Of a DNA stretch of 64,000 bases, positions 20,815 to 29,913 are shown in pieces. The stretch lies in NCBI GenBank assembly GCA_963695875.1, contig CAVOID010000011.1, forward strand, positions 32,001-96,000, read 5' to 3'. The translations under genes were made by a program, and so were the position numbers. The notes beneath the pieces are model-generated. The model was not told the DNA's origin. It worked only from the letters and a program-made list of their open reading frames with translations, and searched no databases. Positions within the stretch are counted from its first letter, which is position 1. Each line of letters starts with the position of its first letter. Source of the stretch: an uncultured delta proteobacterium (GTDB taxonomy: Bacteria > Desulfobacterota > Syntrophia > Syntrophales > UBA2185).

Positions 20815-21402
20815 TTACACATGTCTTGCATCTTTCTTAAAGATGAATCTAAATTTATCACCATCCCATTTGCCTTCGTGTTTCGAACCGTCGGGAAGAG
20901 TTAAAAATCCCTTTCCGTAATACTTGTCTTCTCTCCACTCCCCTTCATACCTGGAGCCGTCCGGGAATGTCAAAATCCCCTTTCCGTGGAACTTATCATT
21001 CTCCCATTCACCGTCATACCTTTTACCGTCCGGAAGAGTTATAATTCCCCTCCCTGCCTTGATGCCACCCTTCCACTGTCCATTGTACCTGCTTCCGTCC
21101 GGCAGGGTCAAAGTCCCCTTTCCCTCGATAACCCCTTCCTTCCATCCACCTTTGTACTGACCGCCATCCAGAAGGACCATAATCCCCTGTCCGGACGGAA
21201 GGCCGTTCTCCCACTCACCCTCATACTTGCTCCCATCAGGCCATTTGAAAGTTCCTTTTCCATGGAAACGTCCTTCCTTAAACTGGCCATCAAACCTGCT
21301 CCCATCCGGGTGGGTATAAATTCCTTTACTGCTATAAGAATCATCCTGCCATTCAAACTCAACTTTTCTCTTATTAGAGATTTTTATTGTCAGCTTTTTC
21401 AA
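20815..21402 (-). CDS. MORN-repeat protein
   Basis: About seven 23-aa repeats of the form YEGEWxxGxxxGxGxxxxPDGS. Confidence 0.9.
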   Translation of the reverse strand: MKKLTIKISNKRKVEFEWQDDSYSSKGIYTHPDGSRFDGQFKEGRFHGKGTFKWPDGSKYEGEWENGLPSGQGIMVLLDGGQYKGGWKEGVIEGKGTLTLPDGSRYNGQWKGGIKAGRGIITLPDGKRYDGEWENDKFHGKGILTFPDGSRYEGEWREDKYYGKGFLTLPDGSKHEGKWDGDKFRFIFKKDARHV

Positions 21403-21436
21403 TGTCCTTCACCAGTCCGGCGCATCAGCAATCTCA

Positions 21437-23915
21437 CTATCCAATAAACTTGCCATCCTTGAATTGGCCGACGTATTTTCTGCCATCCGGAAATGTCATC
21501 ATTCCCCGTCCGTGAGGGAGACCATTTTCCAGTTCGCCGGTGTATTTTCTTCCGTCGGTCATGGTGAGTGTCCCGCGTCCATGATACTTGTTGTTTTTGA
21601 ACTCACCTTCATATCTGTCCCCGTTAGGATACGTCAGAACACCTTTCCCGTTTGATAAACCATCTTTAAACTCTCCAACATATTTTGTTCCATTGGCCAG
21701 GATCAAGGTACCATTCCCGTCATACTTCCCTTCCTTGAACTGGCCCTCATATTTTTTCCCATCAGGATGGATCTCGACCCCTTCTCCGTGGTACAAATTA
21801 TTCTTCCATGTGCCTGTGATACTTCCCCCCACCGTGCAAAGTAAGGAATCCTTCACCTTCCATCACAGTCTTTTTTCCATTGACCGACATAGACGGAACC
21901 GTCCGTGAAAGTGAAGATACCCTGCCCATTCCTTTCCCCGGCATTCCACTCACCTACATACTCTCCGCCATCAGGGAAGGTCATGGTACCATGCCCGTGG
22001 GGAAGATTATCCTTCAGCTCGCCAACATAACTTCGGCCATCATCATAGGTCACGGACCATTGTCCGTCAGAAATATCCGTCTTTGTTTCGGTAGATGAAG
22101 GTTTCTGTTCTATTAGGATTTTATCCTCTGCTTCCTCTTTTGCTTCTGCTCTTTCTCTTTCTCTTTCTCTTTCTTTTCTTCCAATTCTGCCGGCAATCGT
22201 TCTCCTTCTTCCGCTTTAACCCAGGCCTCTTCCATCTCCGCCTCGAGTCTGGCGTCTTCTTGCGCCTTTTTCCTCGCCTCCGCCTCCTCTCTTCTCCTCA
22301 CCAGAATCATGGCCTTTGCATCGTCTGCCAACTGTGAATCTACTACGGCCCTCACCTTAGCTACCGCCTCTTCTCTTGCCTGTAGTTCGGCTGCCAACCG
22401 TTCTATCTCTTCTGCTTTACCTCTGGCTTCCATCTCTGCCTTGAGTCTTGCTTCCTCCTCCGCCTTTGCTCTCCTTTCAGCTTCTTTCCTTGCTTTCTCC
22501 TCTCCTGCCAGTAGAATTTCCACTTCAGCCTTTGCCTTTGCTTCTGATTCTGCTTTTGCCTTCAACTCGCTCACTAGCCGGTCTACCTCTTCCGCTTTTG
22601 TCCTGGCCTCTGTCTCTGCCTTGAGCCTGGCTTTTTCTTCTTCCCTGAGCCTTTCTTCCGCCTCCGCCCTGGCTGTCGCTCCCGCTTCTTCCCGATCCTT
22701 CAATTCTGCGGCCAATCTGGCTGCCTCTTCCGCCCTCGTCTTTGCTTCCGCTTCCACACCTTCTTTTGCCTTCAACTCGGCCACCAGCCGGTCAACCTCT
22801 TCCCCTTTAGCTCTGGCCTCCGTCTCAGCCTTGAATCTGGCTGCCTCTTCCTTCCTGAGCCTTGCCTCCGCCTCCGTTCTGGTCTTCGCTTCCGCTTCTT
22901 CCCGATCCTTCAATTCCTCTGCCAATCGGGTGGCCTCTTTCGCTCTGGTTTTCGCTTCCGCCTTTGCTTCCTCTTTTGCCTTCAACTTAGATGCCAGGCG
23001 GTCCATCTCTTCTGCTTTACCGCTGGCTTCCATCTCTGCCTTGAGTCTGGCTGCCTCTTCCTCCCTTAGCCTTGCCTCCGCTTTCGTTTTTGCTTCCGCC
23101 TCCGCTTCTTCTTTTGCCTCCAGTTCGGCCACCAGCCGGTCAAACGCTGCCGCTTTAGCTCTCGCTTCCGTCTCTGCCTTGAGCCTGCCTTCTTCTTCCA
23201 CCCTGAGCCTTGCTTCCGCCTCCACCCTGGCCTTCGCTTCTGCTTCTTGCCGTGCCTTCAATTCTGCTGCCAATCTGGCCGCCTCTTCCGCTTTCGTTTT
23301 TGCTTCCGCTTCCGCACCCTCTCTTGCCTTCAGCTCGGCTACCAGCCGGTCAACCTCTTCCCCTTTAGCCCTGGCTTCCATCTCTGCCTTGAGTCTGGCT
23401 GCCTCTTCCACCCTGAGCCTTGCTTCCGCATCCGCTCTAGCCTTCTGTTCCGCTTCCACCTTCTTCTTGGCCGCTGCTTCCTCCTTTGCCTTCCTTTCCG
23501 CGTCCTCCCATACCTTCGCCTCTTCCGCCAAGCGAGCTTCTTTTTCAGCCCTACCTTCCTCTAACGTCTTTTTCGCAGTTTTCGCTTCCTTTTCTTCTTT
23601 TGTCTTCAACTCTGCCGCCGATCTGGCATCCTCTTCTCTGCTGCCGATTTTCCATTCACCATAATATTTCGTTCCATCAGGATATATAAATTCTCCCCTT
23701 CCGTCAGGAAGCCCGTATTGCCATTCGCCTTCGTACCTGCTGCCGTCCGGCAATGCGTATGCTCCCGTTCCATGGGGGAGACCATCCATCCATGCACCAG
23801 TATATTGACTGCCATCAGGCCAGGTAAAAGTCCCCTGTCCGTTATATGGATCATCCTCCCATTTAACTTTGTACTGTTCTTTGCCGGATGACCCCCTGAC
23901 TAAGTGCTGCAACAT
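21437..23915 (-). CDS. Large MORN / Ala-Glu-Lys-Arg helical rod / MORN protein (three ORFs joined across indels near 22160 and 21830-21870)
   Basis: ORF 22113..23915 continues in a shifted frame as RAEAKEEAEDKILIEQKPSSTETKTDISDGQWSVTYDDGRSYVG into 21853..22053, then into 21437..21856. Confidence 0.7.
22330..23430 (-). repeat. Coding tandem repeat, ~210-bp (70-aa) unit, about 5 copies including one 46-aa variant
   Basis: Recurring AEARLRxEEAARLKAE(M/T)EARAKGEEVDRLVAELKAKE.AEAEAKT.AEEAARLAAELK.REEA. Confidence 0.85.
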
Positions 23916-23963
23916 ATTCTCCTGCCTCTAAAGCTCCACCCTTTAAGATTTTTTGGAGTATTA

Positions 23964-23992
23964 AATATAGTAGAAGTGTCCTTATGTGTCAA
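23964..23992 (-). promoter_or_regulatory. Candidate sigma70 promoter of the MORN-rod gene
   Basis: TTGACA-17-TATATT on the minus strand. Confidence 0.55.
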
Positions 23993-24054
23993 AAGAAAAG
24001 AGTTAACAGTATATTATAAATGGCTGAAGAGAGTTCTGTTAGGTATCTGAATAG

Positions 24055-24248
24055 AATGACAACTTCAGAAGCGCCATAAGGATTATGCCACAGAAGCTTT
24101 CAAGTCATACGATAAACGGATAAGAGAAGACGTGAACCTTCTCATGCAGAACTTAAAAAAGAAGTACGGATACACTCAAGAGGGGGCAAAAGAGGTCTGT
24201 ATCTATGTGGTTGACAATGACCTCGCGCAGACTTTTTCAGGACAATAA
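24055..24248 (+). pseudogene. C-terminal remnant of a PrkA-family serine protein kinase
   Basis: NDNFRSAI/KDYATEAFKSYDKRIREDVNLLMQNLKKKYGYTQEGAKEVCIYVVDNDLAQTF*. No upstream gene body. Family recognised from memory. Confidence 0.6.
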
Positions 24249-24293
24249 CCGGAAATAATTGTCAGCACACCCATATTCCCCGTTCATTTTTTC

Positions 24294-24322
24294 TTGACAC
24301 GCAATCACAGCCGCTCTATATT
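24294..24322 (+). promoter_or_regulatory. Candidate sigma70 promoter of the TlpA-like gene
   Basis: TTGACA-17-TATATT. Confidence 0.55.
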
Positions 24323-24384
24323 TTTATAGAGAAAAAGCGAGGTACTATCAATTCACAATAAATGGCTTTAAAAAGGACCTAATT

Positions 24385-24903
24385 ATGAAAAAGTCTCTTC
24401 GATGGCTCGTTAGTTTCGTCTTGGTATGTAATATCATCATATTTTTTCTAATCACAAATGTCGCAAACGGGGAGGAAATTGCTAAAACACGGGATGATAA
24501 TCGCGCCTTAGATTTTACCTTAAACGATTTGGACGGCCGGAATGTCAGGCTGAGTGATTATAAAGGAAAGACAATCTTACTGTATTTCATGGCTACATGG
24601 TGCCCCGAGTGTCGTACCACAATTCCCCATCTGAAAGAAATCTATTCCTTATATAATGCCAAGGGTCTGGTTCTTCTGACTATCGATGTCATGGAATCCC
24701 GGGAGAAAGCATCAGCCTTTTCAAAGAAATACAGTCTTCCCTTCCCTACGCTTCTGGATGGAGAAGGAAAAGTCTACCAGAGCTATGGTGTTTTCGGCGT
24801 GCCGCTTACGGCTTTAATTGACCGGAATGGTCGGATCATTTGCTGGAACTGCCGCTCCCTTGATAAGCTGCTGGAAAACCAGTTTGAAGTGAAAACGAAG
24901 TAG
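24385..24903 (+). CDS. TlpA/ResA-family thioredoxin-like disulfide reductase, exported or membrane-anchored
   Basis: N-terminal hydrophobic segment, DFTLNDLDG, FMATWCPEC, YGVFGVP, LIDRNG. Extra C-terminal CWNC. Confidence 0.88.
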   Translation: MKKSLRWLVSFVLVCNIIIFFLITNVANGEEIAKTRDDNRALDFTLNDLDGRNVRLSDYKGKTILLYFMATWCPECRTTIPHLKEIYSLYNAKGLVLLTIDVMESREKASAFSKKYSLPFPTLLDGEGKVYQSYGVFGVPLTALIDRNGRIICWNCRSLDKLLENQFEVKTK

Positions 24904-24999
24904 AAGTTAAAATTTCACAATCTTCCACATTTTCCTATCGTTTGAGTAAGATTATATAGAAACAGGATAGAGGTAGGTTAGAGCTGCGATAAAATTACG

Positions 25000-25434
25000 T
25001 TATTTAGGTTCGGTTGGATACCCCGCATCCGTCCAGGCATGAAAGCCACCCTTGAGGGCGCTTACCCCTTTAAAGCCATTGTCCAATAATATCTCTGCCG
25101 CACGGGCGCTTGTCGCTTCATCGTGTCAGGTACAGTATGTAATGATCTCCTTGTCCCTCGGCAGTTCGTTGCTCCTGGCTTCCAGTTGAACAATGGGAAT
25201 CCTGATGTCCCCTTTTATCCTGATCTTGCTATCTTTATATTCTCGTCCTGCGCGGACATCAAGAATCACTACGTCCTCACCTTTATCCATCTTAGCTTTC
25301 AGTTCCTGCACTGTAATTCTTGGAACATTATCAGCTGCAGAAAATACAACCGGCACAATCAGCTGACTCAGTACGACGAATAGCAGAGAAAGAAACAGAG
25401 CTTCTAGTAACCGTCGCATCGTCAACCTTATCAC
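25000..25434 (-). CDS. Exported rhodanese-domain protein with in-frame UGA (probable selenocysteine, YCTU)
   Basis: VILDVR...IKG...EIITYCT-TGA-HDEATSARAAEILLDNGFKGVSALKGGFHAWTDAGYPTEPK-TAA. The rhodanese fold is complete only with readthrough. Confidence 0.82.
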
Positions 25435-25566
25435 ATCCTTCTCGGTATATATGTCATACAGTTACTTCACTAACACTCACTAATTAACTCATAGAAATCC
25501 AAATTTAATTGCGATACATTTGAGCCAGCTCAAAAATTGGGTGGGTCGTGGGTCGCCGGTCCTTAA

Positions 25567-26049
25567 CTATTTTTTTACTGAACGAGGGAAACAGCATTCC
25601 CAGCTCGGCATACCATCTTCCTCGTTGCGAAGTTTCATGGTCATATCGCCCTTGCTTACTTCCGAGGCAATGATCGCGTTACCATACTTCTTACCTCTTA
25701 CTTCAACCTTGTCGCCAGCCATAAATTTGACCTTCTGATTCTCAATGAACCACTTGGGTCCCATATAGACTTTGTATGCATTGCCCTGATCCGTAACGAA
25801 TCTCATCTGCAGACCGTCTTTCACACCGGCCATCTTCTCTACTTTGGTCACCTTACCGGATTCGACCACTATTGCTTCCATCCCCGTAAATGACGTCTCG
25901 GCATCAAGTCCTGGAGTTCCTAAAGTCCAGGCACCCCTTGCTACGGGCCCTGCCGACTGTGATTTCTGAGCAAATGATGTTTGCGCAAACATCATATTCA
26001 ACATTAAAGTCGCTGCTACTACTACAATCCATACTGCTACCTTTCTCAT
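25567..26049 (-). CDS. Exported OB-fold-like protein (MamS/MamX-like region); ORF open from 26082
   Basis: Signal peptide MRKVAVW..., SGKVTKV, VYMGPKWF, GDKVEVRG, IIASEV, LRNEEDGMPSW. Ends WECCFPR. AAGGAGG RBS. Confidence 0.65.
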   Translation of the reverse strand: MRKVAVWIVVVAATLMLNMMFAQTSFAQKSQSAGPVARGAWTLGTPGLDAETSFTGMEAIVVESGKVTKVEKMAGVKDGLQMRFVTDQGNAYKVYMGPKWFIENQKVKFMAGDKVEVRGKKYGNAIIASEVSKGDMTMKLRNEEDGMPSWECCFPRSVKK

Positions 26050-26601
26050 ACTTTCCTCCTTAGTCTTATTGTTTTGACCCACCCGATTTCGAGTTTAAAA
26101 ACTTTAGTTAACGTTCTACTTCTTGTCAAGATAAAAAATGAATTTACTTCAGGTACTTGATAAAACTATTATCTTTTTTCTTTTATTTAAACGGAAAAGA
26201 CAAAATATACAATAGTTGTTTAATATAAGTAGAATGGTAGTCTAACACTACTATAAAAAAGGAGAGAAGTATTCGCGGAAACAGGTTAATATTTGGTGAA
26301 TATTGTGTAGTATGGCGAGAGGGTTAGGTTTGGGTCACACTGATTTATTTCGGGATTCATGGTGGCAGTACTGTATCTATCATTTGTGAATATGGTTCTC
26401 AATTTTCATCTGTGAATTCATTGAAAAATCCAGAAACCCAAGCAGTAAATGGCATCGGTGCTAGATGGATCATGTTAGGCAATAGCGGATTTTTTGTTGC
26501 AACAGGGGATATTAAATTAGTATAGACAGGGAAAATATGACATCAGTTTGTGAAAAGAAATATGATCAAAAAACATGATTCCCCGAAATGGGGGCATATT
26601 T

Positions 26602-27297
26602 ATGGATAAAAGACCGTCAATTATAGGGAGGATGTTTGACAGAATAGCCCCCACTTATGATCGACTCAACACCATTCTATCCTTTTCCTTCGATAAGGCC
26701 TGGAGAAGAGCAGCCATAAAGTTTCTGGAGATACATACTGGGGATATGGTTCTGGATATAGCCACCGGTACAGGGGAAATGGCGCTTCTTGCCGCATACC
26801 AAGGGGGCAAGATTACAGGCATTGACCTTTCCAAGCAGATGCTTTCATGTGCCGTTATCAAGATTCAGAAGAAGAGCCTCGGCATTCATTACACTGTTGT
26901 GCAGGGTGACGCCCTTTCTATGCCATTCCGCAGTGAGTCCTTCAACAGCGCAATGGTGGCGTTCGGGATCAGAAACATGGAGAATCTGGAGGCCTTTCTG
27001 AATGAGATGCACCGGGTACTGAATACGCATGGACGTTTTTCTGTACTTGAGTTTTCCGTGCCGGAAAGATTTCTTTTCAAATGGATATATATGGCATACT
27101 TGACATTTGTGCTGCCGGTCATCGGCGGTCTCATTTCCGGGGATTATGATGCCTACCGATATTTGAGGGATTCAGTGGTGGGATTTCCAGCTCCAAAAGT
27201 ATTGGAGGGCATGATGAGAGATCGAGGGTTCCGGGTTGTTCGTTCTGAGTCGCTCCTTGGAGGCATATCGCATCTCTATTTAATTGAAAAACAGTGA
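26602..27297 (+). CDS. ubiE: UbiE/MenG-family quinone C-methyltransferase
   Basis: MFDRIAPTYDRLN, LDIATGTG, GDALSMPF, AFGIRN, LEFS, YRYLRDSV. Confidence 0.9.
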   Translation: MDKRPSIIGRMFDRIAPTYDRLNTILSFSFDKAWRRAAIKFLEIHTGDMVLDIATGTGEMALLAAYQGGKITGIDLSKQMLSCAVIKIQKKSLGIHYTVVQGDALSMPFRSESFNSAMVAFGIRNMENLEAFLNEMHRVLNTHGRFSVLEFSVPERFLFKWIYMAYLTFVLPVIGGLISGDYDAYRYLRDSVVGFPAPKVLEGMMRDRGFRVVRSESLLGGISHLYLIEKQ

Positions 27298-27487
27298 TGA
27301 GCTTTCATATTCTCAGGGAGTTTGCCGCCCGCTTGATGCGGCAAGGGAACTCATCGGCAAGTAACCTATATAATCAGCCGGCGTGTTAGGAATGACTTCT
27401 AGTCAACACAGGGATGTTTCCAGTGAAAATTTCCCTCCTGCCTTTGTGCTGCCTTGCAGCAGAGACAAAATTTTATAACCCTTTTTC

Positions 27488-27517
27488 TTGACATATTGGT
27501 GCCTTATTACTTATACT
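27488..27517 (+). promoter_or_regulatory. Candidate sigma70 promoter of the apc-like operon
   Basis: TTGACA-18-TATACT, 57 nt before GTG 27575. Confidence 0.55.
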
Positions 27518-27574
27518 CTACTCCCCTGGAACCCCACAGTAGGGATTCCTTATCAAAATAAAATCAAAGGCACA

Positions 27575-29575
27575 GTGGGCTATACAATCGACATTGATAC
27601 CGGCGGAACCTATACCGACGGTTTCTTCAGCGATGGGCAGCGGTTTGCGGCGGTCAAGGTGGATACCACGCCGCACGACCTGACCATGGGCTTTCTGGAG
27701 TGTATCGAGCTGGGGGCAAAGCAGCTAGCTCTTTCCGGAATGAAGGAACTGCTCCGCGAGACGGACACAATCCGTTTCTCGACGACCCTGTGCAACAACC
27801 TGCTGATTCAGCGAAAGGGTCCGCGGCTTGGTTTGATAGTCACCGCCGGTCATGAGCGGATGCTTTACAGTAATACCCCCCGCGAAGGTGTCACCCCCTT
27901 CGATTTTCTGATCGAGCCATCCTGCGTCGTCGGCATAGACGAAGAGACGGCTGCTGACGGCCGCGTCATCAGCGAACCGAATGAGACCGAAGTAGTCATT
28001 AAAACCCGCCATCTGCTGGCACAGGGTGTGCGGATGATCGTGGTTTCCCTGCGGCGGTCGTCATACAATCCGGCAAACGAAAAGCGGGTCCGGCAGATGC
28101 TGGATCTTGAATATCCGCCTCACTACCTGGGATATGTGCCGGTGCTTCTTTCGCACCAGGTTTCCCGAAGACCGGAGGACGCACTGCGGACGACTGCGGG
28201 GATGCTTAACGCCTACCTGCATGGGGAACTGGGTCGGTCGCTCTACCGGACGGAAGACATTATCAGGCAGCAAGGCTTCCGGCGGCCTCTTTTTATTGTC
28301 CACGGCAATGCTGGCAGCGCCCGGGTGAGCCAGACAAGGGCGCTCGACACGGTCAACTCCGGACCGGCGGCAGCTATGCATGGGGCGGCCGGCATGGCCC
28401 GGCGGCTATCGCTCCTGCGGGTTATCGCCCTGGACATCGGCGGGACTAGCACCGAGATCAGCCTGATCAGAAATGGAATCGTACATCTTGCAACACAGCA
28501 ACGGATCGCCGGTCTCGATGCGGGCATAACGGCCTGCAGAATCGAGAGCTTGGGTGGCGGTGGCGGTTCCATCGCACGCAGGAACGGAGATAGGATAACA
28601 GTTGGACCGGACTCTGCCGGTGCCCTACCCGGACCTGCCTGCTTTGATCTCGGCGGGCTGGAACCCACTGTGACCGATGCCTTCCTGGTAACAGGATTTC
28701 TTGATCCGGATTACTTCTTCGGCGGCAGCCGTCGCTTGCGCCCGGAGCGGGCGAAACAGGCCCTGGAGACGCTTCGCCGTACCCCGTCCGAATCCCTGCC
28801 GTACTTGGCCCGTCGTGTCGTTGATTGCCTCAAAGACACCCTGGCTGCGGCTATTACAAGCCAGCTCAAGAATGAAAATCCGGCGGACTGGACCCTTTTC
28901 GCTTTTGGCGGGGCAGGGGGCCTCTATACGGCAATGCTCGCGGAAACTCTGGGCATTAGGCAAGTTTATACCTTCCCGGTTGGGTCGGTCTTTTCCGCTT
29001 TCGGTTCCTCCCTCCTGGAGGTCGTACATGTCTATGAATACTGCCTTGCCGGTCAGGCGCATCTCACAAAAGGAAGGCTCGCGCTCGGTGGATGGTTTGG
29101 AGAACTCCTTGACCATGCCAGAAAGGACATCGTTGGCGAAGCCCTGGGTACGGAGCATCTTCGTTTCAGGCTGCAAATAGAGGTGGCTGATAACAAGGGT
29201 ATAACGTCTGTGTTCGAGACAGATGTCACCCAAAACCAGGAATCGCTCGACTCGCCCGGCGCTTCGGAGACGAATGGGGCGGTAATCATGGCGAGGCTCA
29301 AGGCGATCATCCCGGCGGCAACGCCATTATTGGAAGTATTTCCGTCGATGATCAAGACTGAAACTCAGCCTGCACCCATGGGTGAACGTTCCGTTTTCTG
29401 GTCGGATGCCACAGAGAACACACCCATATACCGGGGAGAGTCGCTCCCGGCGGGAACATCTTTGCAAGGACCGCTCATCATCGAGCATGCATACACCACG
29501 ATCCTGGTACCTCGTGGCTGGTGCTACCGCATCGATGCCGCAGGCCATGGGATTATGGAAAGGGGACCGGCATGA
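27575..29575 (+). CDS. Hydantoinase/oxoprolinase-A family subunit, ApcA-like
   Basis: YTIDIDTGGTYTD, KVDTTPHD, SGPAA, DIGGTS, GGGGGS, GPDSAGALPGPACF, PTVTDA. Confidence 0.85.
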   Translation: MGYTIDIDTGGTYTDGFFSDGQRFAAVKVDTTPHDLTMGFLECIELGAKQLALSGMKELLRETDTIRFSTTLCNNLLIQRKGPRLGLIVTAGHERMLYSNTPREGVTPFDFLIEPSCVVGIDEETAADGRVISEPNETEVVIKTRHLLAQGVRMIVVSLRRSSYNPANEKRVRQMLDLEYPPHYLGYVPVLLSHQVSRRPEDALRTTAGMLNAYLHGELGRSLYRTEDIIRQQGFRRPLFIVHGNAGSARVSQTRALDTVNSGPAAAMHGAAGMARRLSLLRVIALDIGGTSTEISLIRNGIVHLATQQRIAGLDAGITACRIESLGGGGGSIARRNGDRITVGPDSAGALPGPACFDLGGLEPTVTDAFLVTGFLDPDYFFGGSRRLRPERAKQALETLRRTPSESLPYLARRVVDCLKDTLAAAITSQLKNENPADWTLFAFGGAGGLYTAMLAETLGIRQVYTFPVGSVFSAFGSSLLEVVHVYEYCLAGQAHLTKGRLALGGWFGELLDHARKDIVGEALGTEHLRFRLQIEVADNKGITSVFETDVTQNQESLDSPGASETNGAVIMARLKAIIPAATPLLEVFPSMIKTETQPAPMGERSVFWSDATENTPIYRGESLPAGTSLQGPLIIEHAYTTILVPRGWCYRIDAAGHGIMERGPA

Positions 29576-29913
29576 AAAGGATTGCTGTCACTGAGTATCT
29601 GGAAATAGATCTCTCTATGGAGATGTGGCACTGCCGGAAGTGTGGCCATAGTCTCATATCCGTTCGGCGGAACTACAAGGAGGGCTGCCTGGTCTATCCC
29701 CGCGATCCGGCGACGGTCTATGATCCACAGATAAAGGGGGAACGCTACAGCTTCGCTCCAGATAAATCGGTCTGCATTTTCGTAGAGTTCTACTGTCCCG
29801 GCTGCGGTACGCTCATAGAGACGGAAGTGTTGCCCCCGGGGCATCCGCCATCCCACGACATCGAGATTGATATCGATGCTCTGAAAAAAAGGGTGAACTA
29901 TGGTCAGGCGTGA
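29572..29913 (+). CDS. Acetone-carboxylase-gamma-type small subunit, ApcB-like
   Basis: TEYLEID, CRKC, NYKEGCL, EFYCPGCG, PPGHP. ATGA overlap with the upstream stop. Confidence 0.88.
   Translation: MKRIAVTEYLEIDLSMEMWHCRKCGHSLISVRRNYKEGCLVYPRDPATVYDPQIKGERYSFAPDKSVCIFVEFYCPGCGTLIETEVLPPGHPPSHDIEIDIDALKKRVNYGQA

Noticed and set aside
22330..23430. Regular repeats considered as a CRISPR array or non-coding repeat
   Set aside because: The units keep frame, vary at the codon level and have no unique spacers. The same applies to the 69-bp MORN periodicity at 42269-43540.
22309..23664. 451-aa Ser/Ala/Phe/Leu-rich plus-strand ORF
   Set aside because: Antisense mirror of the A/E/K/R repeat region.
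24075..24087. CATAA-GGA-TTATG palindrome as an operator
   Set aside because: It lies within the PrkA-like coding remnant.
27488..27574. N-terminal extension of the first apc-like ORF from TTG 27488
   Set aside because: That TTG is the -35 hexamer. Family similarity starts at GTG 27575.
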